64,000 nt of DNA from a virus. The position numbers and the translations under genes are program-made. The notes under the pieces are model-generated. The model was not told the DNA's origin. It made no database searches and saw only the letters and a list, made by a program, of their open reading frames with translations. Within the stretch, counting starts at the first letter, position 1. The number at the start of each line of letters is the position of its first letter. Location of the stretch: positions 75,591 to 139,590 of the IMG/VR virus record IMGVR_UViG_3300010885_072825; one strand, given 5' to 3'. This document shows, piece by piece, positions 10,278 through 19,540 of this stretch.

Positions 10278-10761
10278 AAATCTTTATTATCCATTCGAAT
10301 GATTTGATTGCTAGATCGGGATCTATATGTTTGGTATTGTTTCTAATAAAATCAATGGTTCCTGCTCTATCAATATAAGTCAAATAATTCAATTTGATTG
10401 GTTGTCGATCAGCAATAATAGAACCTCCGTAGAGATCTCCCAAATAATGCACATAAATAGGCGCCCAAATATCTTGGTCAGATAAAGTATTCAACCAAGA
10501 AATATATGCTTGAGCGGTTTTTGTTATTTTGCCTGGTGACTTTAGTGTTAATAAATCTTGTGAAATTAAATTCGATCTCATGAGTTCTGTATCGGCAAAT
10601 AAATCACGTGCTTCAAAATGACTGTAGATCAAAATTAAATTGTAGAGATGATTGGACCATTCTGTTTTTGTAAGTTCGCCAGCAATCATTAGTTGACTCC
10701 AAGCAGTTTTTTCTGCTTGATGGTGAATATCAGATATAACGTCTTTTATTGATAGTGTCAT
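10249..10761 (-). CDS. Heme oxygenase (compact phage HemO type)
   Basis: Proximal H..AE motif (HHQAE) and distal YVHYLGDLYGG; adjacent to the bilin reductase. Confidence 0.85.
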   Translation of the reverse strand: MTLSIKDVISDIHHQAEKTAWSQLMIAGELTKTEWSNHLYNLILIYSHFEARDLFADTELMRSNLISQDLLTLKSPGKITKTAQAYISWLNTLSDQDIWAPIYVHYLGDLYGGSIIADRQPIKLNYLTYIDRAGTIDFIRNNTKHIDPDLAIKSFEWIIKIYDELYSFSR

Positions 10762-11333
10762 TTTTCAGCAATTCGAAGACCCAAGTTATTTAGGGTTTCA
10801 AAAAGCGATAGGATCAACTCGAATTCCTGCTTTTGGTATTTTTCACTTAAATTTTCCCAAGGCATGATCATGGGATGCAGTTTATTCTTTTGATCCAATC
10901 GTATACCAAAATTCCAACCCGCTTTTACTTTGGATTTCATCCAAGCCGTATGATGTTGTTTTGCAGCAGTTTCAACAATTTCTTTTAGCTTGTTATCATA
11001 CTTTTCTTTGACCTGATGCTTCATTCGAGTCAATTGACTAAAATTGATGATGAAGTTTTTATTCGTGGTCCAAGTTTTAGACCAAGCAGCCGCAATAGAA
11101 CCAGCTTCATGTTCTTGTAGATCTCTGCATAATACAACAACATAATGGGTTTTTCCATTATGTGTTCTATGCACATGAGTTAACATGCGTGGTTTGGAAT
11201 CAATGAATATTTCGGTTGAACTCACTATAGAAGGTGGTCCAACCGTTTCAACCAAGTCATACCAAAGTTGTTTTTCGGCTGGTGAAAGTTTTTCTTTGAC
11301 AATTAACTCAATAAATGGGAATTGATATTTCAT
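10758..11333 (-). CDS. RyR (ryanodine-receptor repeat) domain protein
   Basis: H..WMKSK...GW.FG...D.KNKLHPMIMPWENL. Confidence 0.75.
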   Translation of the reverse strand: MKYQFPFIELIVKEKLSPAEKQLWYDLVETVGPPSIVSSTEIFIDSKPRMLTHVHRTHNGKTHYVVVLCRDLQEHEAGSIAAAWSKTWTTNKNFIINFSQLTRMKHQVKEKYDNKLKEIVETAAKQHHTAWMKSKVKAGWNFGIRLDQKNKLHPMIMPWENLSEKYQKQEFELILSLFETLNNLGLRIAEK

Positions 11334-11356
11334 CCCTTATTTATCATTAAGTGTCG

Positions 11357-11800
11357 TTAGTCTTCTTCAACGTCGTCGTCATCAAACTCTTCGTCTGACA
11401 TTTCACTGGAAAGCACAAAGCTGATATTGTCTACGTTACTTAGATCAGTTACAAAATTGTTGATTCTGCATACTGACAGTTCAACATCTCCAGACAATTT
11501 AAATGCCATGAATTGTTCTAGTACAAGATTGCCTTGTTCTTCCACATCTTCCACGGTCATTCCAGTAGTATCATTTGCATTGCAAATATGTTCAATATGT
11601 TCAGCACCCGATTTATAATTGATGATGAATGTCAAACATGGAGGAATTTCTGCCAAGCCATCTCGTGACTTGCCAGATGTCCAACCAGCTTCTACCGCTG
11701 CTTGTGCTTCTTCAAACGTTGAATCAAATTGTTCTCGGTGTTCTTTTACCAGTTTCATTGCTGCAATTGATGAAACCTTATTCGTGTCTTTCATTACCAT
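11357..11800 (-). CDS. Hypothetical acidic protein
   Basis: 147-aa ORF. Confidence 0.6.
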   Translation of the reverse strand: MVMKDTNKVSSIAAMKLVKEHREQFDSTFEEAQAAVEAGWTSGKSRDGLAEIPPCLTFIINYKSGAEHIEHICNANDTTGMTVEDVEEQGNLVLEQFMAFKLSGDVELSVCRINNFVTDLSNVDNISFVLSSEMSDEEFDDDDVEED

Positions 11801-12018
11801 ACCTTTTTGTCTCCAGATGCTTCACAGTCATCATACCCTAAATTATATTCTGCAATTTCTTTGTCAGTTAGATCAATAATTTTTTCACCATGATAAGTGC
11901 CTTCGGGATACCAATGCGGATCTCTTGGACGACCATAGTAACTGTCTGCTGACCCCCGATCATAGAGTGCACCATTTCGGTCTCGGTCAAATTGTGGTAG
12001 CATTTGTTTTCTCTTCAT
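11794..12018 (-). CDS. Conserved phage hypothetical protein
   Basis: YDRGSADSYYGR...PH motif. Confidence 0.65.
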   Translation of the reverse strand: MKRKQMLPQFDRDRNGALYDRGSADSYYGRPRDPHWYPEGTYHGEKIIDLTDKEIAEYNLGYDDCEASGDKKVW

Positions 12019-12029
12019 TTTAAAATTGC

Positions 12030-12533
12030 CTACAGTTTGTCAAATTGCCAATCTTCAGCACGAACCACCAAATCAAACCCTTCTTCGACAGTAGGCGGTT
12101 GATAGGTCGTTGCCATGTTTTTCAGGATATGGCCGGGAATGGTTTTACCAAGCCGGGAATCCAGTACTTGTTGCCAAACAGTGTCTTCCAATGCTGGAAA
12201 CACTAACGCGATCTTAAAATAAGTCGCAGGAATTTTCGACAACTTGGATCGTCTAGCTTTGGCAGATAAATTGGTTTGGTCCCAAAGGATTAGACTTTGA
12301 TTCTTAACCGCGTTTTGTAATTTTTCTTCTGCTAGCTGAGTCGCGGTTTTGATATATTCTTCAAACACTGCATCATAAGTCGTGTTTTGTTTGCGAGCAT
12401 AGATATCAATGAACTTGTCAGTTGAAATGAGTGCAATGTCAGAGAATCGATTAGCTAGAGACTGTTCCAACTTCTTGAAAAACGTAGACTTGCCCGTTCC
12501 TGGAAGTCCCACTGCCATAATCATCAAGTTCAT
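12030..12533 (-). CDS. P-loop kinase (AAA_33, polynucleotide-kinase-like)
   Basis: GLPGTGKST, ISTD, WDQTNL, EEGFD. Confidence 0.85.
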   Translation of the reverse strand: MNLMIMAVGLPGTGKSTFFKKLEQSLANRFSDIALISTDKFIDIYARKQNTTYDAVFEEYIKTATQLAEEKLQNAVKNQSLILWDQTNLSAKARRSKLSKIPATYFKIALVFPALEDTVWQQVLDSRLGKTIPGHILKNMATTYQPPTVEEGFDLVVRAEDWQFDKL

Positions 12534-12579
12534 TGTTTAACCCTTTTGTCTTTTGATTATAACATGATGTTATCAAAAA

Positions 12580-13149
12580 TCAACGCATCTTATAAAAAAC
12601 ATGCAAGCCAATTTGACGTGTTTTTTTCAATGAACCATTATGAGACCATTGGGGTTTCACATAGTTAGCATGATAATAGGTTGCGCCTCGAGTCACGTCT
12701 GAAACATTGCCTAGATAAACATTTTCAGCCAATTTGATTGTACGCCGAAACGTTCGTCGATCTCGTATGGGACGATGTGGTTCACACTGCCATGAAAATT
12801 GACATACCGTTTGAGTACGTTGTCGAATCACACTACAAGGTGTACGTCCAAACTTACCATTGTGTATTCGATTGATTACAACGTTATTAACTGCAATAAT
12901 TCCAAGATCACCCTGATCAGCAGCTTCATAATAGGCATTCTCTGCCATACAATATATTTGTTCTCGATCTTTGACGGTTAGGTTTACCGGAACTCGGACC
13001 ACCACTCGACGTTCTACGATCTTTGGTACTTGAACTATTTGTATTCTGGGAGCAGGTTGTGAATGTATCATGCACAACAAAATTATTACTGCACCAACCA
13101 GTTTAAAATTTATGGCCCATAATACATTGTTCAATGTGATAGTTGGCAT
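12580..13149 (-). CDS. SleB-like cell wall hydrolase (Hydrolase_2)
   Basis: N-terminal TM segment; CMAENAYYEA, VINR, CQFSW, GATYYHANYVKPQW, IGLHVFY. Confidence 0.9.
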   Translation of the reverse strand: MPTITLNNVLWAINFKLVGAVIILLCMIHSQPAPRIQIVQVPKIVERRVVVRVPVNLTVKDREQIYCMAENAYYEAADQGDLGIIAVNNVVINRIHNGKFGRTPCSVIRQRTQTVCQFSWQCEPHRPIRDRRTFRRTIKLAENVYLGNVSDVTRGATYYHANYVKPQWSHNGSLKKTRQIGLHVFYKMR

Positions 13150-13204
13150 AAGCTTGTGACCACGTTGATTACTGCTTCATAGTTAACGGATTAGCAATCA
13201 AATG

Positions 13205-13765
13205 TCAACTGTTTTTCACATACCCTCTGAAAGTCAAAGAGATTCTAGCTCCGCAAATGAAACTGGCCTTGGGAATGCGATGCAAATGGGTATCTTGCAT
13301 TCCAGCATGCATCAAACACAAACTGCCATGTGGCAACTTGACTTTGGTGATATTTTCAGGACTATTGTCTGCACCAATTTCCTTGAACCAAATTTCTCGT
13401 TCTACTCCCAAACTAATGATGCCAATTGGTCGAGCATCATCCATCTCAGGACTGTTGTCCGAGTGCCATCCCAATTGATCCTTTTGATCCAAATAGCGAT
13501 TCAAGAAACAAACTTCGAACACTGCTCCAGTGTGTGCTTCCAATGATTGACGAATCGTCAAAATTTCTGGGTGCCAGGGTTGAACTTGATAGGCACGTCC
13601 ATGTTCAGGAGTACCATAGAAATAAGGCTCAGGAAAATCATTGCAGTAGTATTCGCTACGCGGCGTGTTAGAGATCCTTACCCAATCCAATTCCTGATTC
13701 AACACAGCAAAAGAATCCGATGGGTTGGTAATAAAGTCGGGGATCAATGTGATAGGTACGGTCAT
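13205..13765 (-). CDS. AlkB-family 2OG-Fe(II) dioxygenase
   Basis: LNRY, GWHSD, ISLG, HRIPK and RISLTFR. Confidence 0.9.
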   Translation of the reverse strand: MTVPITLIPDFITNPSDSFAVLNQELDWVRISNTPRSEYYCNDFPEPYFYGTPEHGRAYQVQPWHPEILTIRQSLEAHTGAVFEVCFLNRYLDQKDQLGWHSDNSPEMDDARPIGIISLGVEREIWFKEIGADNSPENITKVKLPHGSLCLMHAGMQDTHLHRIPKASFICGARISLTFRGYVKNS

Positions 13766-13788
13766 CGGATTTTTCTCATCGTTCGTTG

Positions 13789-14163
13789 TTAAATGAATCT
13801 ATTTCTTGCGTCTTTCAAATGAGCAGGCAATGCTTCAGCTTCAGTATCATCAAGTTCCCAAAGATTGCAGGTGAACTGTCGTTCAATGATCACAAATTGT
13901 TGACCATCCCATTCTGCCATAGCCCATTCACGATAGTTATTTACCGGCTTGTCCGTAGGGCAACATTTACGTCTTTGTGATTGAAAGTTCCAATGATCAC
14001 TAATTCGGATACACCCAATTGGCGTCTTTCCCCAATCTTTTTCACTGTCTTCACAGCTATAGTAGCTTTTTGAATAGGGACTCTTGTGTACCTTATCCCA
14101 ACTGCGAATGATACGCTTAAAGTCTCGAGGAACTTGCCAAGCGATTTGCATGATCAAATGCAT
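13789..14163 (-). CDS. Hypothetical protein
   Basis: KSPYS.SYY and RISDHWNF motifs. Confidence 0.6.
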   Translation of the reverse strand: MHLIMQIAWQVPRDFKRIIRSWDKVHKSPYSKSYYSCEDSEKDWGKTPIGCIRISDHWNFQSQRRKCCPTDKPVNNYREWAMAEWDGQQFVIIERQFTCNLWELDDTEAEALPAHLKDARNRFI

Positions 14164-14354
14164 TCTGAAGTGGGTACAGCCTTAAACCAATAGCGTCCCT
14201 TCTTAGCACCCACGATATGACCACCAGCAACGGCTTGGTAACGTGCCTTTTTGATTGCATCAGACTTGGACGTCGCCGTTACGTAGAATGGGATACCACC
14301 CTTTTCATCCCATGCAGGATATTGAAAGGTCATTGTAACTTCATATTCGGTCAT
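14154..14354 (-). CDS. Hypothetical protein
   Basis: 66 aa; GGAG RBS and TTGACA promoter upstream. Confidence 0.65.
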   Translation of the reverse strand: MTEYEVTMTFQYPAWDEKGGIPFYVTATSKSDAIKKARYQAVAGGHIVGAKKGRYWFKAVPTSECI

Positions 14355-14416
14355 GCTGCGCTCTCCCGTTGCATGCGTGTATACTAGCAGAATCTAATTC
14401 ATTGTCAATACCTAGT

Positions 14417-14671
14417 TCAATTCCAATTCACGGTTTTCGAAGTGGTGCAATTGTAAATAAACACCGCTGCGGATTTGCTTGAACACCAAATTTTATCAGT
14501 ACAGTTTGGATCTTCAACTTTTGTGATTCGAACAAAATACTCTGCATTCTTAAAGTCATAACTCAGTTGCTTTTGAGTTTCGCCATCTTCGGTGAACGAT
14601 TCAGCAAGAAGAATAGGTTCCATTTCATCCAGGTCATTCTCTGAAATATGAAATTGATCCAAAGTAGTCAT
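14417..14671 (-). CDS. Hypothetical protein
   Basis: ATG 7 nt after GGAGA. Confidence 0.6.
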   Translation of the reverse strand: MTTLDQFHISENDLDEMEPILLAESFTEDGETQKQLSYDFKNAEYFVRITKVEDPNCTDKIWCSSKSAAVFIYNCTTSKTVNWN

Positions 14672-14756
14672 TTTGTTGTCTCCCAACAAGTATTCTTCAA
14701 CAATTTGATAATAACAACTTTTGATTTTTTGTCAAATGAAAAACATAAATAGTTTT

Positions 14757-15200
14757 ATGAGAATTAGTGACTTGCTTGATACACCCTTGAATGAATCCGA
14801 TAAAAAAGCTGATCAAAAAGACCGAGAACAATATAAAAAATGGCGACAACTAGTGAACATGTCGTCAGCAACCTTGTCTAAATTTCTTGAAACTCGAACT
14901 GGTGATGAAGCTGGACTTAAAAAGAAGCAAGCAGCCAAATTGGGAATTGGTACTGGTCATGAAAGTGCGCGCGCAATTTTGCGAATGAGAAAAAAGCCAT
15001 TTTCTGAATGGAATGAAACTGATCGCAAATGGATGAATCGACAAATATCATTCATATCTCGGATGTCTGGCAACCCTGGCCCACTGGTGAAAAAAGATGC
15101 TGACGGCAAAAATATACCTACAAGAAAATTAACATCACTTTGGATCTGGGGTCATATTCCAACCGGATATCCGCCCGGCAAGTTTGGTGTTTTTAAATAA
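14757..15200 (+). CDS. DUF3140-like protein with capsid-targeting-like N-terminus
   Basis: LVNMS...GHESAR.I...M...ISFI.R...SLWIWGH; MRISDLL..LNE|S; ATAAATA 5 nt upstream of the ATG. Confidence 0.7.
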   Translation: MRISDLLDTPLNESDKKADQKDREQYKKWRQLVNMSSATLSKFLETRTGDEAGLKKKQAAKLGIGTGHESARAILRMRKKPFSEWNETDRKWMNRQISFISRMSGNPGPLVKKDADGKNIPTRKLTSLWIWGHIPTGYPPGKFGVFK

Positions 15201-15582
15201 ATTCATCTAGATCAATATATTGAATTTGTTCAATATGTAATGACTCCATAGCACCTGAACCATAATAATTACTAACTGGATAAAGAAAGAGTTGAATAAC
15301 TCGTCCCGAATCTAAAGTCATCTCAAATGTAGGATTTTTGATCTTAATTCTTTCTTGCCATGGCAATAGTTCATAATGTTTGTGTGACGCTGCAATATAA
15401 GGACTTTCATCACCTTCACATCTTCCAAAATATCCATTCGAAGTGCCTTCAATTTTGTCTTTGATTTCTTCCAGTGTCTGTTTATTTTTGCTCATTGCCA
15501 AAATTCTTAGATCACGAAGCGACTCATGATCAGTGCCATTGAAGCTGTAGATATATGTTGTCAATTGATATGCAGTAGCCAT
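15193..15582 (-). CDS. Hypothetical protein
   Basis: 129 aa with AGGA RBS. Confidence 0.6.
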   Translation of the reverse strand: MATAYQLTTYIYSFNGTDHESLRDLRILAMSKNKQTLEEIKDKIEGTSNGYFGRCEGDESPYIAASHKHYELLPWQERIKIKNPTFEMTLDSGRVIQLFLYPVSNYYGSGAMESLHIEQIQYIDLDEFI

Positions 15583-15608
15583 TTAAAAATTCCTAAAAAA
15601 GTTAAATT

Positions 15609-15866
15609 TTACGCTCTGTTGAAGCTTGCACAGATTACACCAGCTGGTAGATGAGTTTCACCAATATATTCTACAATTACGTTTTCTGGATTGGTCCATG
15701 AATGATCATCACCTCCAATCCAATCAGAACCATCCCATTTAAGAAATATACCATCCGGATGAATCAGTTTCGCAGAATCTGATGTTTCAGCAGCCACAAC
15801 CGCACAGTCATAGCTGTCCCACCATTGGTTTTTCAAAACAGTACGTGAAATAAGAAATAATTTCAT
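15609..15866 (-). CDS. Conserved phage hypothetical protein
   Basis: YDCAVVAAE...HP...VICASF. Confidence 0.65.
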   Translation of the reverse strand: MKLFLISRTVLKNQWWDSYDCAVVAAETSDSAKLIHPDGIFLKWDGSDWIGGDDHSWTNPENVIVEYIGETHLPAGVICASFNRA

Positions 15867-16048
15867 GTCAAATCCTCAATTAGTTTTGTCTGAGTCTTGA
15901 GTTTCATTCAATGCGTCTCGGCGGCCATCCAAAAACCCAGCTACATAACCAATAATTGCTGCACTTAATGCCGTGATTACAAGTTCCAAAAACAATGCAT
16001 TTGAATGTCTCCTGTTGTGCCGTCATCATAACAGGATTATTGTTTATG

Positions 16049-17281
16049 TCAATCAATTTCTCGAACATCCCATGCTTGCGGACCCCAGCTGGTATATTTT
16101 ACTTGAACTTGATTTTGATGTCGAAGACGACCAACAAAATCTTTAGATCTAGCTTCCACAACTTCATTTGATCCAGGATGGATATATGAAATATTATCAA
16201 ACTGATCCAAACATGTGACGGCCAATTGAGGAGTGTTCAGTTTGATTTTGAACACTGTGGCCATTGCCTGAGATCGTTCCCAATCTGATTGAATGTTCTT
16301 ATAGAGCTCGTTAAGATCCAGAGGCGCGAATCGCAAAGTATCTTGCCATGGATTGGGTTTGTTGGTTTGATCAACTACTTGAGAAAAATCCATTTTCAAA
16401 TTTTCCCATTTTAGTGGACCTGCTCCATGGCGAGTGGCATAGCAGCGGGTCACATATACAGGGGTGATTTCTTTTACTCCCAGTTCAGCCGCAGTATGAA
16501 TTGCACTGAGCAGTCCCGTAATCGACCTAGTCACATGGGGAAATTCACCCATAAGTTCATCCAACCCCAGACCCTGTGCACCTTCAAAAATCACAGGTGT
16601 ATCTTCCCAAATGTTGAAAGGGTTGAAATTGGGTTGAATCACTTTGAGAGTTTCTAGCATACGTTTGATCATGGCCCATTCTGAATCAACATTCATCAAT
16701 GGTACAAATTTTTGATATTCGGGGAGATGTTCAAATGGTTCTAGTAGTGGTTTGTAATATTCCTGTACTCGCAAAAGACTGAGAGAACTAGTACCATAAC
16801 AACAATCATTGAGAACCAACTGCGCTGATGGATCTTGATTTCTAGTTACCGTAGCATTCACACCCAAACCACAGGACCCATGCTTGCTAGTACCTCGACT
16901 AATTTCTTGCAATTGATTATATGCAATATCCCAAATTGTGGTGATGATTGCGCTGGGATGAGCCCAAAAATTATAATGATAGGGACCATCAACATGTTGG
17001 ATTCCCAATGCTTGTAATTGATCCCATTCTTTTAGAAATGCAAATGGATTGACGATAAAATTACTAGATAGATAAGTTCTAGATCCAGCAAGTGTTCCAG
17101 ATCCAAAGTGACCAAACACATGACGATGTTGATCTGTTACCACAGTGTGTCCAGCTTGAGCTCCGCCATTAACACGAGCAACTAGTGTATTTTTTGGACC
17201 TAACTTTCTAGCTAGATAATCAGTAATCAAGCCTTTGCCTTCATCACCATATCCAGCACCAATAACAGCATAGTTCGTCAT
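16049..17281 (-). CDS. Adenylosuccinate synthetase-like (divergent PurA family)
   Basis: GAGYGDEGKG, RVNGGAQAGHT, HGSCGLG, FEGAQG, TR.Y.TRHGAGP. Confidence 0.85.
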   Translation of the reverse strand: MTNYAVIGAGYGDEGKGLITDYLARKLGPKNTLVARVNGGAQAGHTVVTDQHRHVFGHFGSGTLAGSRTYLSSNFIVNPFAFLKEWDQLQALGIQHVDGPYHYNFWAHPSAIITTIWDIAYNQLQEISRGTSKHGSCGLGVNATVTRNQDPSAQLVLNDCCYGTSSLSLLRVQEYYKPLLEPFEHLPEYQKFVPLMNVDSEWAMIKRMLETLKVIQPNFNPFNIWEDTPVIFEGAQGLGLDELMGEFPHVTRSITGLLSAIHTAAELGVKEITPVYVTRCYATRHGAGPLKWENLKMDFSQVVDQTNKPNPWQDTLRFAPLDLNELYKNIQSDWERSQAMATVFKIKLNTPQLAVTCLDQFDNISYIHPGSNEVVEARSKDFVGRLRHQNQVQVKYTSWGPQAWDVREID

Positions 17282-17304
17282 GACGTCACCTTGAAGTTTC
17301 ATAG

Positions 17305-17332
17305 ATTATAACATGCCATTGAAATCTGTCAA
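17305..17332 (-). promoter_or_regulatory. Sigma70-type early promoter
   Basis: TTGACA-N16-TATAAT upstream of the PurA-like gene. Confidence 0.6.
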
Positions 17333-17389
17333 CCTCTCTGTCAGAATGATACAAAAACAATAAATAAAAGCAGCAATCCGGAGAACAAC

Positions 17390-17971
17390 GTGTCTATTGA
17401 AGAAATTAGAAAACTTATTGATTTATTAGAATCTGTTGATCAACATCAAGTACTTGGTGAGTCTATTTGGCCAAGTGCGGAAAAACGTACTGCTAAAGAA
17501 CTTAAAAGGGATGAAGCCAAGCGAAGAAAGCTAACTCCAACAGTAGATGAACAAGCACAGGATTTGTTACCAGCTGTAAAAAAAGCATTTAATTATGTGG
17601 TAAATGGTGGAAATAGGCCAGACGGGGTTTATATTCGTATAGAAGAAAATAAAAAAATATCATTTAAACTCAGTGGTGATTATATTACATCTTATGCAAC
17701 GCCATTTAATATATTATTATGCACCAAACGAAATAATATGTTGGGGTGGGATGCAGATAATAATAAGTTATACTTGTTTGAATACAAAAATATCGGTACG
17801 TCTAAGACCCCAATATTCATACCACACACCAGATATGTGGATTTTAAATTTCCCGGAGAATATAATCCGCAGTTACCAGGGGATGTCAAAAAGGCATCCG
17901 CTATTTTGAAGACATTATGTGATTCTCCTGAATACAAGGATTTCACAAAATATTATACATATTTCAGCTAG
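17390..17971 (+). CDS. Hypothetical protein, candidate internal head protein
   Basis: ATAAATA promoter and GGAG RBS; MSIEEIRKLIDLLE|S N-terminus. Confidence 0.65.
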   Translation: MSIEEIRKLIDLLESVDQHQVLGESIWPSAEKRTAKELKRDEAKRRKLTPTVDEQAQDLLPAVKKAFNYVVNGGNRPDGVYIRIEENKKISFKLSGDYITSYATPFNILLCTKRNNMLGWDADNNKLYLFEYKNIGTSKTPIFIPHTRYVDFKFPGEYNPQLPGDVKKASAILKTLCDSPEYKDFTKYYTYFS

Positions 17972-18795
17972 CGAAACAACCAAGCAACTTTTTCATCAAT
18001 CGACCAGGTTCTAAATTCAGGGCAGGGAGCACTTTTGATCACATGTCGATCAAACAAAGTATCTGGTGAGGGTCGATGTGCGGCCGGGATGCCATCAAGT
18101 TCTTTGTTAGTCAGAGGGTGTTGAACCAAGTATCGACGTACCCAAGTGCCGTGGACAAATGCAGCCGGAAACGAATCAATCAGATGGTCAAGCTCAGCCA
18201 ACCGTTGTCGCATTTCTTGACTGTTTTGCCCTTGCAAACTCTTATGGGAAAAATAATGATGGGCTGCCATACTGGTGGAATTTTTCTCACAATCCAATAC
18301 CCTCCAAAGCATGGCATTGGCTGCTTCAGTTTGTGAGGGCAGAGAAAAAACCCTGGCATCAAAATGCGGAATATATTCTTGCAGTGCCTGAACTCGACCG
18401 TGATAATCGTCACTAGCATCTATTGAATGCATGAATTTAGAACTGGCCATACCAGACAGTACACTAGACATCTTAGTGACTTTGCCTGAAAACCAATCAG
18501 GTTTAGCCCAAACTAAACTGATTTCATCGCTTTGAGTGAATCCTGCCAGTGCATGGGTTTGCTCCACAAGGTACTCGGTGGTCTTGACCATGCATGCATG
18601 AAAATTGACATCAAATGGTCGTTCTAAATTTTTGGTTAGTTTGGAAAAACTGCGCCCATCTATCCTAGCATACACGGGTAGATCTTCAGGCAATCGAATC
18701 TCAGTGTACACTGATTCTAATTCCTTCATTCGATCACCCAGCTCGTCTTTGGATACAGAAACCAAAGGTTTACGATCTTCGTCTAAGAATGTCAT
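17968..18795 (-). CDS. Thg1-like tRNA(His) guanylyltransferase / 3'-5' polymerase
   Basis: RIDGRSFSKLT, PFD, QSDEISL, FDAR, WR..D...NS. Confidence 0.9.
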   Translation of the reverse strand: MTFLDEDRKPLVSVSKDELGDRMKELESVYTEIRLPEDLPVYARIDGRSFSKLTKNLERPFDVNFHACMVKTTEYLVEQTHALAGFTQSDEISLVWAKPDWFSGKVTKMSSVLSGMASSKFMHSIDASDDYHGRVQALQEYIPHFDARVFSLPSQTEAANAMLWRVLDCEKNSTSMAAHHYFSHKSLQGQNSQEMRQRLAELDHLIDSFPAAFVHGTWVRRYLVQHPLTNKELDGIPAAHRPSPDTLFDRHVIKSAPCPEFRTWSIDEKVAWLFR

Positions 18796-18797
18796 TA

Positions 18798-19118
18798 TTA
18801 ATCTTCTTTGTTTTCATTGTAGAAACTCAATGCTTTACGAAGCCTGGCAATTTCCTCTTCTGCTGCTGCCGCTCTGGCCAAAGCGTTATTGACGGTTTCC
18901 ATCATGCCACGTCCAGTTCGAGCAAGACTAGAGATTTGGGTTTGCAAACTGTCTACTGTTTCTTGAGAATACAGAGGTTCGATTGGTCCAAAAATCTCAA
19001 CCAAATTCTTTTCCCAATACTCAACGGTGGTATCGTATTCGGTATACGTATAGTCGCAGACACCAATACCGGGATTGCGGGCTCCAATACGCCAAGCAAT
19101 GGGATTAACTTCTGACAT
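18798..19118 (-). CDS. Hypothetical protein
   Basis: 106 aa with GGAG RBS. Confidence 0.6.
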   Translation of the reverse strand: MSEVNPIAWRIGARNPGIGVCDYTYTEYDTTVEYWEKNLVEIFGPIEPLYSQETVDSLQTQISSLARTGRGMMETVNNALARAAAAEEEIARLRKALSFYNENKED

Positions 19119-19164
19119 TTTGCTCTCCAGCAGTTCGTTATACTATTACATAGCAGATTATATT

Positions 19165-19362
19165 TTATTTGTCAATGCATCGATTGATATATTTTACAAT
19201 TCCCAAAGGTACCATAATTGGCCAACCAAAAACACAAAGCACGATGGTTTCTGAGTTTACCTTTGTGAACAGTGCTTTTGCTAACATTGCAGTATAAGGT
19301 ATGAACATGATACTAGCAAAAACACCACAAACCCAATATGCAACAAACTGTTGAATTTCCAT
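19165..19362 (-). CDS. Small membrane protein
   Basis: Two hydrophobic segments; AAGGAG RBS. Confidence 0.6.
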   Translation of the reverse strand: MEIQQFVAYWVCGVFASIMFIPYTAMLAKALFTKVNSETIVLCVFGWPIMVPLGIVKYINRCIDK

Positions 19363-19501
19363 TATCGGTCTCCTTCGATGCGATTCAAAATTTCAGTACC
19401 GATCCAATACACGCAGACTACCATTACAAATGCTACCTCTCCGGTTGCAAGTGCATCAAATAAAGACTCTGTTGTCATTTGAAATATTTCCTGTGAGTTA
19501 A

Positions 19502-19530
19502 AATGATGCAGAGGTTATCTCTGCATCATT
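19502..19530. terminator. Hairpin, probable terminator
   Basis: AATGATGCAGAG...CTCTGCATCATT inverted repeat after the vWA gene. Confidence 0.6.
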
Positions 19531-19540
19531 CATAATCAAA

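Noticed and set aside
16049-17281. PurZ / Z-genome (2-aminoadenine) synthesis
   Set aside because: The motif is GDEGKG with the PurA-type Asp, not the Ser of PurZ, and no datZ or mazZ is seen in the window.
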